DNA of 64,000 bases from Oscillospiraceae bacterium (GTDB lineage: Bacteria > Bacillota > Clostridia > Oscillospirales > Ruminococcaceae). The notes under the pieces are model-generated. The model searched no databases. It was given only the letters and a program-made list of their open reading frames with translations, and was not told the origin of the DNA. The DNA is taken from assembly GCA_017427265.1 (NCBI GenBank), contig JAFRTG010000031.1, forward strand, positions 30,303 to 94,302, given 5' to 3'. Shown here piece by piece: positions 39,501-45,670 of the stretch; the first letter of the stretch is position 1, and every line of letters begins with the position of its first letter. The position numbers were made by a program, and so were the translations under genes.

Positions 39501-40088
39501 CATGATCTTAAAGATTGACTGATCTGTTACCGTCGGAAAAGAATTGCCGCCGACTTCCAGCCGTCCTGCGATCATGGTAGCAACTGTGGTAAGAAACGAA
39601 TTTTTGAATGTTTCCGCATTCTGCGGCTGAACGCCGAGCTGCTGCATTGCTGCCGTAACATATTCGGACGAATATGCTCTGCCGACCAGTCCGTTCAGAA
39701 ACTCCCGATCTGCCGGAAGCCTCAGCGTACTGCGCACGGCAGCTTCGATTTCCGCGCTCATGTGCCATTGCTGCGGCACACGCTCCGGATGCTCGCACTG
39801 CGTAATGTCGTACATCGGCACAATACGGTCGCGTGAATCACGAAACCGAATTGCGCTGCTGTCCGGCAGAACCGGATTGCCAAGCCGTTCCCACTGTGCA
39901 AGCGTCGCCACAAAGCGGCTTTCCGGTCTTTGTACGAAGAATTCCAGCGAAACTGACGGAGATTGCTTATACATCCGTCCGTGAAATTTCAGGTACTCCG
40001 CATAGACCGTCGTATTATCAGCCATTTCGCGCAGCATCTCTGCACCGGCTTGGCTGAATCCGCCGATAGGTGTGACATTCTCTGCCAT
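27522..40088 (-). CDS. giant polyvalent protein (4188 aa): ArdC-N-like, MuF-C-like, many unassigned modules, N6-adenine DNA methyltransferase, SNF2-family helicase
   Basis: Uninterrupted 12.6-kb ORF with SD AAGGAGGAAACAGTCAG before the ATG. MTase motif I LEPACGTGNF and motif IV GNVPFG. Helicase motifs GAGKS, DEAH, TGTP and QREGRILRQGN. Confidence 0.85.
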   Translation of the reverse strand: MAENVTPIGGFSQAGAEMLREMADNTTVYAEYLKFHGRMYKQSPSVSLEFFVQRPESRFVATLAQWERLGNPVLPDSSAIRFRDSRDRIVPMYDITQCEHPERVPQQWHMSAEIEAAVRSTLRLPADREFLNGLVGRAYSSEYVTAAMQQLGVQPQNAETFKNSFLTTVATMIAGRLEVGGNSFPTVTDQSIFKIMTEEQQIGFITMAAAVTKRTLEQIEQVVADLQKQRAERMVQDEVRGISEAGGRGNAADSGRGAAGSPEGDAAQLPDAVQSDEEGRRAGLGSGAGNGERHQDIIPPVDESGTAVRGDILVSGESGERDIRDADGTRRTDDAARTDRDLRNDVDAVDGGQSSGESRSDEVSSPLSDGSAVSGQESMGIPEPAGRAVHGSESPSARLREDSGMGADEDTLHGQRDDQGHRASGSHDSVTDKIAQAFAPTEKPSADQTDGFVVLEQQSKPLTHGQQQKIERNAAEDEDFSSKIDSYINGSISSEEVFRVGTTPYSLRIVGADAIPIIIKQSVLKNSLAAGKASRVHTEGHELSPDIIKQLPSALRNPIFVLKGSKPESLAVITDLIDRDGNHLLVSLKLNAAGRRSEVNNITSVYGKKNIGDYIQRELSNGNILAVNIEKAEKLSADIGIQFPKWTDILCFDDSITYTDENVKRLSEISAQNSPTTEPEKPISKERRAEMLAAFSAKYGLDGLDVFVKKDKDYAGEGRAYDLLIKNGRTVEFQARIFTLEQGARFTEAVLESALAKLEQSAAFQQFLSFRQGQHTLFDQPEDEKVDTSSNSEPEMDAESIAIRQREIDKAIQSMQRRLESSELTLEKRQELEDNIAFLQSADAEHIEITQEAMDAFRAKRAQEREAQLDANVEREWEEAAEREVSANLEAADALDHHRDVYLDDTRDSDESGYITNARKQDFYNYRLHFDAEQGYLLMADGDREDDLIIRNFGMADSSAVLREVQAMGFEVESVEPAFTYEIYQLKSGEEHHYHRFESMESNKYAHLTQDDYDLVYSGDLRDIEGDTVQQKLNALFEKFNTDHPADFFGRSMSTSDVVVVTEGSGRTPYYVQPVGFEVMPDFFAHKYDLIDIQFTGNPQGFNAIKVAARTDSFEDTGETNMLIADTQVFYARLSENANLADVQKVIQTAYDNNCYLTADSVAYLTERFGKGFMPELPPVKTVFEIPESDQTIDLAAVESFTLTDSYSQYEGGMDSDGHERRDNYSGHSQSLTFTYRGNGIVESEMWSDKNDYPITDTYNLYSPAERDRLFADMYRFVDRAEQLTVSSEPKAEKPKPRYILMLNVPDVQLGDTFDRLEDAQDAGNEAIWDGKAIGYAILNQHEHKVEVYDGDFPTSGVFSDEVYANSPFQTLTVHTEAPLPALHDDEPAQLAETEPESTIEFGLLGNGITVYDTARTQPHSSDYLTVAHISEEGNVQYYAEVSDSNRKRIEAEAARQLAKFTEQWNALPDTEKLMRIMQTANPTQLVQIIGDRLPADQTIAKYEKSVIFHSEDFPADGQKQAAAVSEPLTVEALKNRYLNRDTNRQMDSYEIAGMVLFDSEGMKISAQEFFDRYHASNYSPTQAAEIRGYIAEALKNSPQETQNEQTAARVWTPISETENDDGEPTVYATETMNGDRYFIVANPEGTFDIEIRGSKIEDQTGYSSRRAAENGFEEYISDMLFDRAVNLINDFCVAEYNSEADFNDLSHVNLAYTTDEDTEAEIQVYADLQNFRIVTQYAGLDAAVMQFASLEDMVEHGLEDMSFDDLVHLTSEQRADVQRKMTQKADAADFRNADLAGFLADRTLSSDEWEDLAYPLYDRGYLDKHQPSDKAAFGYHLSESALYDLARRFHDGEDIRRELALGLLEGSGTSRIEFVFEEGKISGRTFYHPESERHTLETQRTADGYSCYFNGIERNVSFEEIGQAFLDHIHEEFNDLAFWWVRDDLHEAFPEMTDEQMRDLITAFDGARMADWEKGDNRPKINHIKRALYEILGDEEKTEKAFAIIAEGKYHVNLTSDAQNADQQIDKQPPQIADGKPLSNLITFVRDENRRVLDELAVGDSIGLPNGNYTVTAIDGDFKIDLRSDETGNTGSRIGNWKEMLLNEAGNAPISVVKASVVQQLADAAAAKMPETSIAPEVDTNVNPEHSAPELAVGDHLIYKGKEYEVESLDMDSFITLKDTALENAPRLVSRVTFVAQEFINSGDFQRVEPQATAEAESEKVDTNVNPENDTDKQSEPEEPARRRGRLTRPEELYKLLSEMYPQIISGEHTHEHYEADENSGYEPLSVQMIGDGMYAFTTYYYQNGDALSDPDITFLLDHDEKTCHVFSFQQDGVPPHGTYYVEVADENGRVDTKLQASLEQTFLQNLKNAQFADRTLTRYHDRLGEEIVLVPDKDEIQDVAEPEEPVRTDENAHLRGILNDFSEEHGLGALDLRFTGSREVGIFETYADGSDKQLGEQPYWGDNDQISPTECTEILQRFVETERRRGHRVEDANGRKYAVSARGKSELPPVPDSLPEIVYAKAPLQKVRDNIEAIRELHRLARCEAAGEPLYDPRRNQWHCRENSDERLRKYSGWGGLSQVFDAKSGRYAELRAELQKLLTPEEYASAKASSTDAHYTPQIVIDAMYSAIQSMGLPRDSRVLEPACGTGNFITRMPHSIGNAGVVGVELDDITAQIAMRLNADNSNVTIMHSAFERSGQEDNSFDLVIGNVPFGDYKMNDPDYTQDWLIHDAFFRKALDKVAAGGVVAFVTSTGTLDKKNPKVREYLATHADLIGAIRLPNTAFSDAGTGVSTDIIFLQKRAEPLSPDAPKPDWCYVAPISDENPDMRINSYFVQNPQMMLGTMRQTSHFDRLTCDPIEGADLKKQLAAAVKQLNAKITVTKREKAAQERRGFIQPWGKQFTYQEKEGKLYYNEGKTMRQITGSAAEIDRLKRLIELRILTRQLIDKQKTAVEDFALIPLREHLNRQYDEFVAKYGQLNSDAVKKAFGADADYALLQSLEEYDSDTKTYHKAEIFNKRTVNPVMEITAVETLEEAYQVSLDRRGKPNIPYMATLLQAQYPDTPFTELTKQVQAELLEKGMVFIDPEKEIAGEEFSGIVERAEYLSGNVRRKLAYAQEMAKNNPDFQRNVDALQEVIPDDIHAEEIAVRMGCPWIDAEDYTKFLQELSGRRSWDTRCEVKYSPVTGEFDIMQAGSRKDINVNEGTTYGTDKLTMYEIAQKLLNQRRIAVMMTVPSPKDASKTVTRTDPVETKKAMEKAKLIEEKFAEWIFADPARRAKYERRYNDLFNSLVGRKYDGSHLTFDGQSASFSLRPHQRDCVARAVYGGNTLAAHVVGAGKSAVFQTAVMKKKQLGLINKACVVVPKPLVEQTAREWRKLYPDARLLTMSAADLSSEAKRDQFAARVATGDYDAVIVSMEQFEKMPMSLEFQKAYLLRQLDELEDMLRETRNANGNRKDATTKQIEGAKKKLKARLDSIMNPKSKQKGKDILLDFEQLGFDYLVVDEAHNFKNGFVQTKMGNVSGVTTSASGRAQDMQMKCDYFNEQLGQGHLLFCTGTPVSNSMTELYVMLRYLRPDLLAAAGVERFDDWAATFGKVTTQHKQSATGELKLKTTFAKFANLPELMQMYKEFADIQSAKKLDLPRPKLKTGKPQIVTVQASPEQKDFVKMLVERARLISEGRVDPRNDNMLVITSEARLTGLCNSAVAALMRKHQLEVPEGFEDAKTSKVDACVDKVAEIYAETTEQKGVQIIFSDVAVNSDDGNFSVYDYIRKELIAKGIPADEIIYAPKSEAKNREDIFRDINAGKYRVVIASTGTLGTGANVQERLAAVHHVDVPWKPSDLEQREGRILRQGNTFSEVQIFNYITQGTMDSYLYQIVTDKARFIAQLLDDETPARVSEDCDDKVLTYGEMQAAAEGNPNFRKRIELGMKISELQFAKAEFQRETGEMRSKIATIPSEIASLRERITDIEKDIVAVDRMRNPEGKIDGLTVRTAMGKTLTKREDINQYLHSLLYQKQKNPFDDLPAFQIGDFSVTIQMNGSQQDFAFVVQGESPVAYRAAAEFNEKSDNAQRLMNLLGNGVPNEKSKCESRIEKLEADMVQAAERAEQTFPHEQELADAQAELEKVEAELLGITEMEAAILDPDEVPVEETDAERTARESFFKTDDDDDNNDLNPNTDSETLPPVAPRM
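28450..30200 (-). other. SNF2/DEAD-like helicase domain of the giant ORF
   Basis: Walker A AHVVGAGKSAVFQ (about 30061-30099), DYLVVDEAHN (about 29570-29600), motif VI QREGRILRQGN (about 28531-28566). Confidence 0.85.
31700..32260 (-). other. N6-adenine DNA methyltransferase domain of the giant ORF
   Basis: Motif I VLEPACGTGNFI is encoded at 32131-32166. Motif IV LVIGNVPFGD is encoded at 31941-31970. Confidence 0.8.
33408..33425 (+). repeat. ICE 18-nt motif, copy 3 (variant ATTGACATTTGTGTCAAC)
   Basis: Inside the giant ORF, read as VDTNVN. Confidence 0.8.
33657..33674 (+). repeat. ICE 18-nt motif, copy 4 (variant ATTGACATTTGTGTCAAC)
   Basis: Inside the giant ORF, read as VDTNVN. The 20 nt GGATTGACATTTGTGTCAAC are identical to copy 3, 249 nt away. 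Confidence 0.8.
37716..37733 (+). repeat. ICE 18-nt motif, copy 5 (exact)
   Basis: Inside the giant ORF, read as VDTSSN. 29 nt including flanks are identical to copy 9. Confidence 0.9.
38170..38610 (-). other. MuF-C-like module of the giant ORF
   Basis: The segment FRVGTTPYSLRIVG...IIKQSVLKNSL...HELSPDIIKQLPSALRNPIFVL...ITSVYGKK resembles the phage MuF C-terminal domain common in polyvalent proteins (from memory). Confidence 0.4.
38798..39379 (-). CDS. TnpV-like protein, nested out of frame (+1) inside the giant ORF
   Basis: 193 aa from ATG 39379 (AAAGGA upstream). Globular W/Y/F/M-rich sequence, IGTYGMMWMQWMEDNHPEK...RYLTVARSVDKRAWEYRNRLDEQY, recalling the TnpV family (from memory). GC3-rich codons like neighbouring genes. 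Confidence 0.6.
   Translation of the reverse strand: MKYEEFQKLAAEEMQQIPDAELPEVPKEMLHNFLTQSRAMRKDGVLGWEVVQETENGIKTLFLPLMKAEQRYGVTFWYQVNPENGTYEMRTEQEEPTMQQEPIGTYGMMWMQWMEDNHPEKVEVMKFHHRYLTVARSVDKRAWEYRNRLDEQYMEANPRPHGFEKILEWEQTRTHYTDSATIRDIVHLAVTTP
39420..40088 (-). other. ArdC-N-like (ssDNA-binding antirestriction) module of the giant ORF
   Basis: The pattern Y-x-x-S-x(9)-Q-x-P-x(10)-W-x-x-LG-x-x-V is reminiscent of the ArdC N-terminal domain. Recalled from memory and needs an HMM search. Confidence 0.4.
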
Positions 40089-40131
40089 CTGACTGTTTCC
40101 TCCTTGATTTTAGCACATTAAACTGTAAAAG

Positions 40132-40653
40132 TCAAGACCTATTTAGACCAAATTTAGACCAAATTCCAATATCGCCCTCTTTCGCCTGTTGTTCAATCTG
40201 CACAAATCGTGCAGCGTATCGTGTATTCGGCTGAATTGTCAGCACTGTTGCCATGCCGTTTTCCAGCAGCGTTTCCTCGACCATTTTGTGATCGAGCCAA
40301 ACATACGCAAGTGTTCTGCCGTAACTGTCAGTCCGTTCTCTGTCATATTCCAGATACACTTGCTTGCCGGTCAACAGCTCTGCTGTAAATTCTGAGGCGA
40401 TCTTGCCGGACTCCGAATTTCTGGACGAATCGGGATGCACAGATTCCGGCGCATCAACTCCGATCAGCCGGACTGTTGTTTCGCTGCCCTCAATGGAAAC
40501 GATGATCGTGTCACCGTCCACAACACGCAGCACCTCATACGCGCCGAAATGTTCCGTTTGCTTCACTAGAAAGTAAAGCAAAACGGTTCCTGCAAATGCA
40601 GACAGCAACAGGCAATGCTGCAAAGCTGCCAAAGGCTTTCGCTTTCGTTTCAT
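40132..40653 (-). CDS. thermonuclease (SNase-like) with N-terminal signal/anchor
   Basis: 173 aa from the ATG after AAGGAG. Hydrophobic N-terminus. VVDGDTIIV...VRLIGVDAPE...GRTLAYVW motifs. Confidence 0.8.
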   Translation of the reverse strand: MKRKRKPLAALQHCLLLSAFAGTVLLYFLVKQTEHFGAYEVLRVVDGDTIIVSIEGSETTVRLIGVDAPESVHPDSSRNSESGKIASEFTAELLTGKQVYLEYDRERTDSYGRTLAYVWLDHKMVEETLLENGMATVLTIQPNTRYAARFVQIEQQAKEGDIGIWSKFGLNRS

Positions 40654-40894
40654 CGCATCACTCCTTGCATACCTAGCTGAAAAGAAAAAAGACGCCGCCG
40701 ATCTGAACCGCACCGCGCCGAAATTGATTGCAGCGCAAAGAATCAGAATGCTGAAAACCGATCACGCTTATTGCTTGCATCCTGTGACTGCGGAAATAAA
40801 ATTCAAAAAAATTTTTTCGCGCCTTTATCTAATATAATATACTGTGAGTATAATCGCTTTTTTTCTTTTTCAGTTCAGTAAAAACTTTGGGTAC

Positions 40895-41647
40895 TTAATA
40901 ATGAGCCGCATTTTGCGGACTACCCCTCACCGAAAAATCTTGTTTCACCACTTGACAAAACCTCTCATTTCTGATATAATCATAGTGAGCATTGGCTTTG
41001 CTATCCAGCAAGCCCGTTCTGCGGTTGTATGTCCGGTACAGCCGCTTTATTTTTTTTCTGATTTTTCCAGTCATATAACGCACGATCTGATAGAGATTGT
41101 CTACGAACACTCTGCGATTGTCCTGCGACCTTCTGCGCATCCGCGTGATGAAATGTCCTGCGACCAGCTCGTTGACGGTCTGGATTACTGTTTCACGCTT
41201 CATACCAGTCTGCTCTGCAATATCATTGTAGCTGTTCCAGCAGCGTCCGAGCTGCGGACTGTATGACTTGCACATGAACAGATATATCATCATCTGACGC
41301 GGGACAAGCTGACCGAACACGCGCCGTTCTACAAAGAAATAGCCGTCATGGAGCGATTGCTGCGTGACGGCGTAAATATATGTACCTCTTTTCGGAGCTG
41401 CTTTTTTCGTGCGTTCCAGCGGCTCTGTAAGCCCTTTCTCATTCAGCCGGTCAATGATGCGTGAAACCGTTGTTGTGGACTTGATACCGCAATTCTGACC
41501 GATTGTGGCTTGCTTCACGCTGATAACCGATGCGCCGGTCAATGTCTTTGCAACTGCGGGTAGGCTGCACAGATAAGCGTACACACTCAATTCCTGCGCG
41601 TCCAGTCCCAATGAAAACAACTTGTTGCTTAATTTGAACAGGCTCAT
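40895..41647 (-). CDS. winged-helix DNA-binding protein (possible replication/maintenance initiator or regulator)
   Basis: 250 aa. Two wHTH-like segments (QELSVYAYL..., TVSRIIDRLNEKGL; RETVIQTVNELV). SD AAAGGGGGG. Confidence 0.55.
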   Translation of the reverse strand: MSLFKLSNKLFSLGLDAQELSVYAYLCSLPAVAKTLTGASVISVKQATIGQNCGIKSTTTVSRIIDRLNEKGLTEPLERTKKAAPKRGTYIYAVTQQSLHDGYFFVERRVFGQLVPRQMMIYLFMCKSYSPQLGRCWNSYNDIAEQTGMKRETVIQTVNELVAGHFITRMRRRSQDNRRVFVDNLYQIVRYMTGKIRKKIKRLYRTYNRRTGLLDSKANAHYDYIRNERFCQVVKQDFSVRGSPQNAAHY

Positions 41648-41666
41648 CTTGCAGCCCCCCTTTCGC

Positions 41667-42104
41667 TTATTCTAAGTAGTATCGCCAATGGTCGTATTCT
41701 TCTCGTGTGATAATACCTCTCCGCATCTTTTCAGCCATATCCGACCATTGCTGAAAATAAATCTCAAATAGTCGCCCTTCATCTGTCTTATTCGTTGCAT
41801 TGAAAGATAAGATAGGGATTCCATAGGCAGTATTGATCTGAAGCATCTGGTCATCTTCCAGTGAAAATAACAGTTGCATTTTTCCTATTGGATTTCGTGT
41901 ATCCGGATTTAGGAAGCCTACATCCACATCCAAGACATCGGCAATGCGTTCCAGTAAAGCGTCACGCGGCTTTTTATTGTCCGTTTCATATTGCACGATC
42001 CTTACATGGGCTGAATTCTCATTAAATCCACACAGTAATCCAAGTTGACGCTGTGTCAAACCTTTTTTCATCCGGAGAGCGCGGATTCTTGAACCGATTG
42101 ACAT
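41667..42104 (-). CDS. Xre-family HTH protein
   Basis: 145 aa from ATG 42104 (TGAtATG junction with the upstream gene). IRALRMKKGLTQRQLGLLCG HTH. Confidence 0.75.
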   Translation of the reverse strand: MSIGSRIRALRMKKGLTQRQLGLLCGFNENSAHVRIVQYETDNKKPRDALLERIADVLDVDVGFLNPDTRNPIGKMQLLFSLEDDQMLQINTAYGIPILSFNATNKTDEGRLFEIYFQQWSDMAEKMRRGIITREEYDHWRYYLE

Positions 42105-42105
42105 A

Positions 42106-42540
42106 TCATCCACCGTCCTCGCACGCGCCGACCATTGATTCCAGTTCATCCAAACCGGTTATTACTCCATACATCAGCTCGAAGGCTGCGGTTGGAATAT
42201 AAGGGAACGGAGTTAATAACGGGATAAGGCTATCAATAGATGTGCCTTGAGATATTTGCTCCATACAGAACAAAAGCATCGCATAAGTATATGCTTCTTT
42301 CAGTTCAGCATCATATTGGAAATTCTCTTTTGCTAAACTGCTCAGTTTATCGGTGTTGATTTCCTTAATAAGAGGTTTTGCTTTTGTCTGAACAATGGCG
42401 AGTTGTTCTGACATATATCGCGGTGATACAGCAATCGCTGCTGATAGTTCAAACAAAGCATCTTTTCCTCTTGCAACGAGATCATTTCCCAAAGCATTGG
42501 CGACAGCGTCAAAATCAAAATCCTTATCGTATGCTTCCAT
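42106..42540 (-). CDS. hypothetical protein
   Basis: 144 aa. SD AGGAGG. Confidence 0.6.
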   Translation of the reverse strand: MEAYDKDFDFDAVANALGNDLVARGKDALFELSAAIAVSPRYMSEQLAIVQTKAKPLIKEINTDKLSSLAKENFQYDAELKEAYTYAMLLFCMEQISQGTSIDSLIPLLTPFPYIPTAAFELMYGVITGLDELESMVGACEDGG

Positions 42541-42566
42541 TTATTCTATCCTCCTAGCACTTTCGG

Positions 42567-42953
42567 TTACGACATGATTGATTCCATGTCATCAAAATCA
42601 ATGAGCGAATCGGAGAAGTAGTCTGCCACAGCAGCGGCGTACTTCGACGGTGCTGCTATAACTTCCGGAATGTCGTTATCCAGTCTGATCTCACCATGAC
42701 TGTCCAGCTTATTCTCATAAAAATCAAGTGTACGGTTCAGAATCGAAATCGTTTCTTCCTGACTACGGATTGTTTCTTGCATATTATGAATAATGAATTC
42801 ATAACCGGACTGTATATCTTCGTACATTGCGATCATTTTAGCCTGTTCGCGGATTTCATGGTTCTTCTTCCGGATTATCAGCTTTCTTCTTCTCCGGATA
42901 CGCTCGATGATGATTTGTTTGCGCCTATTCAAAGAAATCCCCCAATTCCGCAT
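42567..42953 (-). CDS. hypothetical protein ending in the DDMESIMS tail
   Basis: 128 aa. Basic N-terminus then coiled coil. Start uncertain (weak SD; overlaps the upstream HTH gene by 29 nt). The last 23 coding nt are identical to the T4CP gene end. Confidence 0.5.
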   Translation of the reverse strand: MRNWGISLNRRKQIIIERIRRRRKLIIRKKNHEIREQAKMIAMYEDIQSGYEFIIHNMQETIRSQEETISILNRTLDFYENKLDSHGEIRLDNDIPEVIAAPSKYAAAVADYFSDSLIDFDDMESIMS

Positions 42954-43158
42954 CCAATGCTTCGCAGAGCTTCATAATTGTTGTTGTATTCGCCCGTGTC
43001 AGCCCGTTTTCGAGATTCATAATCGTATTACGGGAAACGCCGGAGCGTTCAGCAAGCTCACGCTGCGACATTTTCTTTGCCATGCGCAGCTCATACAGTC
43101 TGCAATGATGCTTTTCCCGTTTGTTGACTGCGCGGGGAATATCATTTTTAGCGATCAT
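42925..43158 (-). CDS. Xre-family HTH regulator
   Basis: 77 aa from the ATG after AAGGGGTGA. MSQRELAERSGVSRNTIMNLENG HTH. Confidence 0.8.
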   Translation of the reverse strand: MIAKNDIPRAVNKREKHHCRLYELRMAKKMSQRELAERSGVSRNTIMNLENGLTRANTTTIMKLCEALDAELGDFFE

Positions 43159-43162
43159 GTAA

Positions 43163-45214
43163 TCACCCCTTCTTTGTTTTCCATTGCCAGCTCGTTTTGC
43201 CGTTATAAGTATGCTCAACAGCTTCCGGCAGAACTATCGTTTTCCTGCCGTCTGCGGTAAAAGATGTTTCCTTTCCGGACAGCAGCCGCAGGAGCTGATT
43301 GTCTGTCAGCACCTTACCGTATACCTTTGCAAGATACATTCCGCACTTCTGTGTGCAGTAATAACCGTACTGACCTTTCTTGACTTCTCCGCCGCAATGC
43401 GGGCATTTGCCGACTGCTTCGGACTGTTTCCGGAATGATACACTGTCATCCTCTGCGCTGTATTTGGTGCAGATTTCTCGGACATAAGCAATTATGCTGT
43501 CCATAAACGCCGATGCGGAAGCCTTGCCGTGTTCGATCTGCTGCAACTGCATTTCCCATTCAGCGGTCAGTTTCGGGCTTTTGACTTCATCCGGCACGAC
43601 AGATATGAGCTTTACGCCCTTTTCGGTTGCCGTGATCTGCTTGCCCTTGCGCTGGATGTATTCGTTTGCAACAAGTTCTTCGATGATACCGGCTCTGGTT
43701 GCAGGAGTACCCAGCCCTTTCTTCTCGGTTCCCTCGTCGTATTCCTCATTTCCGGCGCGTTCCATTGCAGAGAGAAGTGTCGCTTCCGTATACGGACGCG
43801 GCGGAGTTGTCCAATGCTCCGCCTTTGCAGCCGTCACATTGGAGAACGACTGTCCCTGTGTCAGTTCCGGCAGCGATTTTGCTTCACCATCATCCGTATC
43901 ATCGTCCGTAGTCTTTGTCCGGATCAGCGCATTCACTTTCGCTTCCAGCGCTTTCCAGCCGCTTTGCAAGACCGTTTTGCCGTTTGCCGTGAAATCTGTT
44001 CCGGCGCAGCGCACCGTCGCTTTGACCGCTTCGTATCTGTGCGGTTCAGCCGTCGCCAGAATGAGCCGTGCGGCGATCAAGCAGAGGATATTCCGCTGCG
44101 CTTCCGGAAGCTCTGAGAGGTCAGCATCGCTGATCTTTGCTGTTGGAATGATTGGATGGTGTCCGGTGACTTTCTTGTTGTTGATGCACCGCTGGACGCT
44201 GATATTCTGCGGCTGACCGAACTGCGGAAACTTTGCAAACACTCTGTTAGCTACATCCAGCGCAGTCTGTTCCATATCGTCTGTTATGTACTGTGAATCG
44301 GTGCGCGGATAGGTAGTCAGCTTCGCTTCGTAGAGAGCTTGCTGCGCATCCAGCGTTTGCTGTGCGGTATAACCGAAATACCGGTTTGCTTCCCGCTGCA
44401 AGGTTGTGAGATCAAAGAGCTTCGGCGGATTCTCCGTCTTGACTTCCTTTTCCAGATTCGCAAGCACGGCAGTCTGACCGGCACACGCGGAAATGAGAGC
44501 AGCAGCTTTGCTTTCATCGTCAATCCGTTCCGATTCAGCGGTGAAAGCTCCGCAGTCCAGCATAACTGTGAAATACTTTTGCTTCACAAAATGGGCAACA
44601 TCATAATCACGCTGGACGATCATTGCCAGTGTAGGTGTTTTTACTCTGCCGATATGAACAGTACCATGATACCGCAGCTTAAATAGCGAGCTTGCATTCA
44701 TGCCGACCAGCCAGTCTGCTTTGGCACGGGCAAATCCTGCCTGAAAAAGAGAATCGTATACACTTGCCGCTTTCATTCTGGAAAGCCCGTCCCTGATCGC
44801 AGATTCTTCCAGCGAGGAAGTCCACAACCGCATGACCGGTTTTCTGCATCCGACAAGGTTATACACATACCGGAAGATGCACTCTCCTTCACGATCTGCA
44901 TCCGTTGCACAGATGATCTCCGTTACGCTGCCGTCCTGCATGAGCTTTTTCAGCACATCGAACTGCGCTTTGCAATCTTTGCCGATATGGAATTTCCATG
45001 TATCCGGCAGCATCGGCAGCATTGCAAAGGTGACTGTTTTATACGACCAGTCCTCGCGGTATTCGTTCGGAAGGTACAATCCGACCAGATGCCCATAACA
45101 CCATGACACGATATAGCCGTTTCCCTCAAAGAATCCGTCTTTTCTTGATTTCGCACCGACTACCGGCGCGATTGCTTTCGCCACAGAGGGCTTTTCTGCG
45201 ATGACAAGTTTCAT
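43163..45214 (-). CDS. topB: DNA topoisomerase III
   Basis: 683 aa from the ATG after AAAGGAG. Toprim (LVIAEKPS, DADREGE), active-site region YPRTDSQY, C-terminal zinc finger CPHCGG...C. Confidence 0.9.
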   Translation of the reverse strand: MKLVIAEKPSVAKAIAPVVGAKSRKDGFFEGNGYIVSWCYGHLVGLYLPNEYREDWSYKTVTFAMLPMLPDTWKFHIGKDCKAQFDVLKKLMQDGSVTEIICATDADREGECIFRYVYNLVGCRKPVMRLWTSSLEESAIRDGLSRMKAASVYDSLFQAGFARAKADWLVGMNASSLFKLRYHGTVHIGRVKTPTLAMIVQRDYDVAHFVKQKYFTVMLDCGAFTAESERIDDESKAAALISACAGQTAVLANLEKEVKTENPPKLFDLTTLQREANRYFGYTAQQTLDAQQALYEAKLTTYPRTDSQYITDDMEQTALDVANRVFAKFPQFGQPQNISVQRCINNKKVTGHHPIIPTAKISDADLSELPEAQRNILCLIAARLILATAEPHRYEAVKATVRCAGTDFTANGKTVLQSGWKALEAKVNALIRTKTTDDDTDDGEAKSLPELTQGQSFSNVTAAKAEHWTTPPRPYTEATLLSAMERAGNEEYDEGTEKKGLGTPATRAGIIEELVANEYIQRKGKQITATEKGVKLISVVPDEVKSPKLTAEWEMQLQQIEHGKASASAFMDSIIAYVREICTKYSAEDDSVSFRKQSEAVGKCPHCGGEVKKGQYGYYCTQKCGMYLAKVYGKVLTDNQLLRLLSGKETSFTADGRKTIVLPEAVEHTYNGKTSWQWKTKKG

Positions 45215-45305
45215 TACATCATTCTCCTTTCGTTCGACCGACAAGCCAGCAGAATTTATCCTTTAACATTTATATAACTTATTCATGATGTATTGAGTCT
45301 ATTAT

Positions 45306-45620
45306 CTACATCCATGTTTTCAAAAACTGCTGCATTAGCTGTGCATCCTCACTTTGTAGAAATTCAGGGTGTTCAGCAGCAAGATAGCGTGTCATGCAAC
45401 GAAAAATCTCAGTACATATCTCTGAAATAGTTCTCGGATGCTCAGGAATCTCAATGCATTCAAGCGGAACGGTGCATCTTCGGAAGCCGCTGCACTCAAT
45501 TATATCAATTTTTGCTTGCTGATCGTTTATCTCACGGACACAGCACAAGTCGCCTTGAATTGCGATTCTGTATTTCGACTTAATATGGCACATAACATTA
45601 AGCAGCTTTTCGTTTTCCAT
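45306..45620 (-). CDS. hypothetical Cys-rich protein
   Basis: 104 aa. SD GAAGGGA. Confidence 0.5.
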   Translation of the reverse strand: MENEKLLNVMCHIKSKYRIAIQGDLCCVREINDQQAKIDIIECSGFRRCTVPLECIEIPEHPRTISEICTEIFRCMTRYLAAEHPEFLQSEDAQLMQQFLKTWM

Positions 45621-45670
45621 GTGTATTCAATCCCTTCTTAATAGCAGTAATCATTCAAAGGAAAATGCGT

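Noticed and set aside
27572-39798. Dozens of 60-300-aa ORFs on both strands within the giant gene (for example 33018..33836, 36405..37307, 39508..39798).
   Set aside because: They have no SD, their translations are low-complexity or hydrophobic, and none has recognisable motifs. Only the TnpV-like ORF 38798..39379 stood out.
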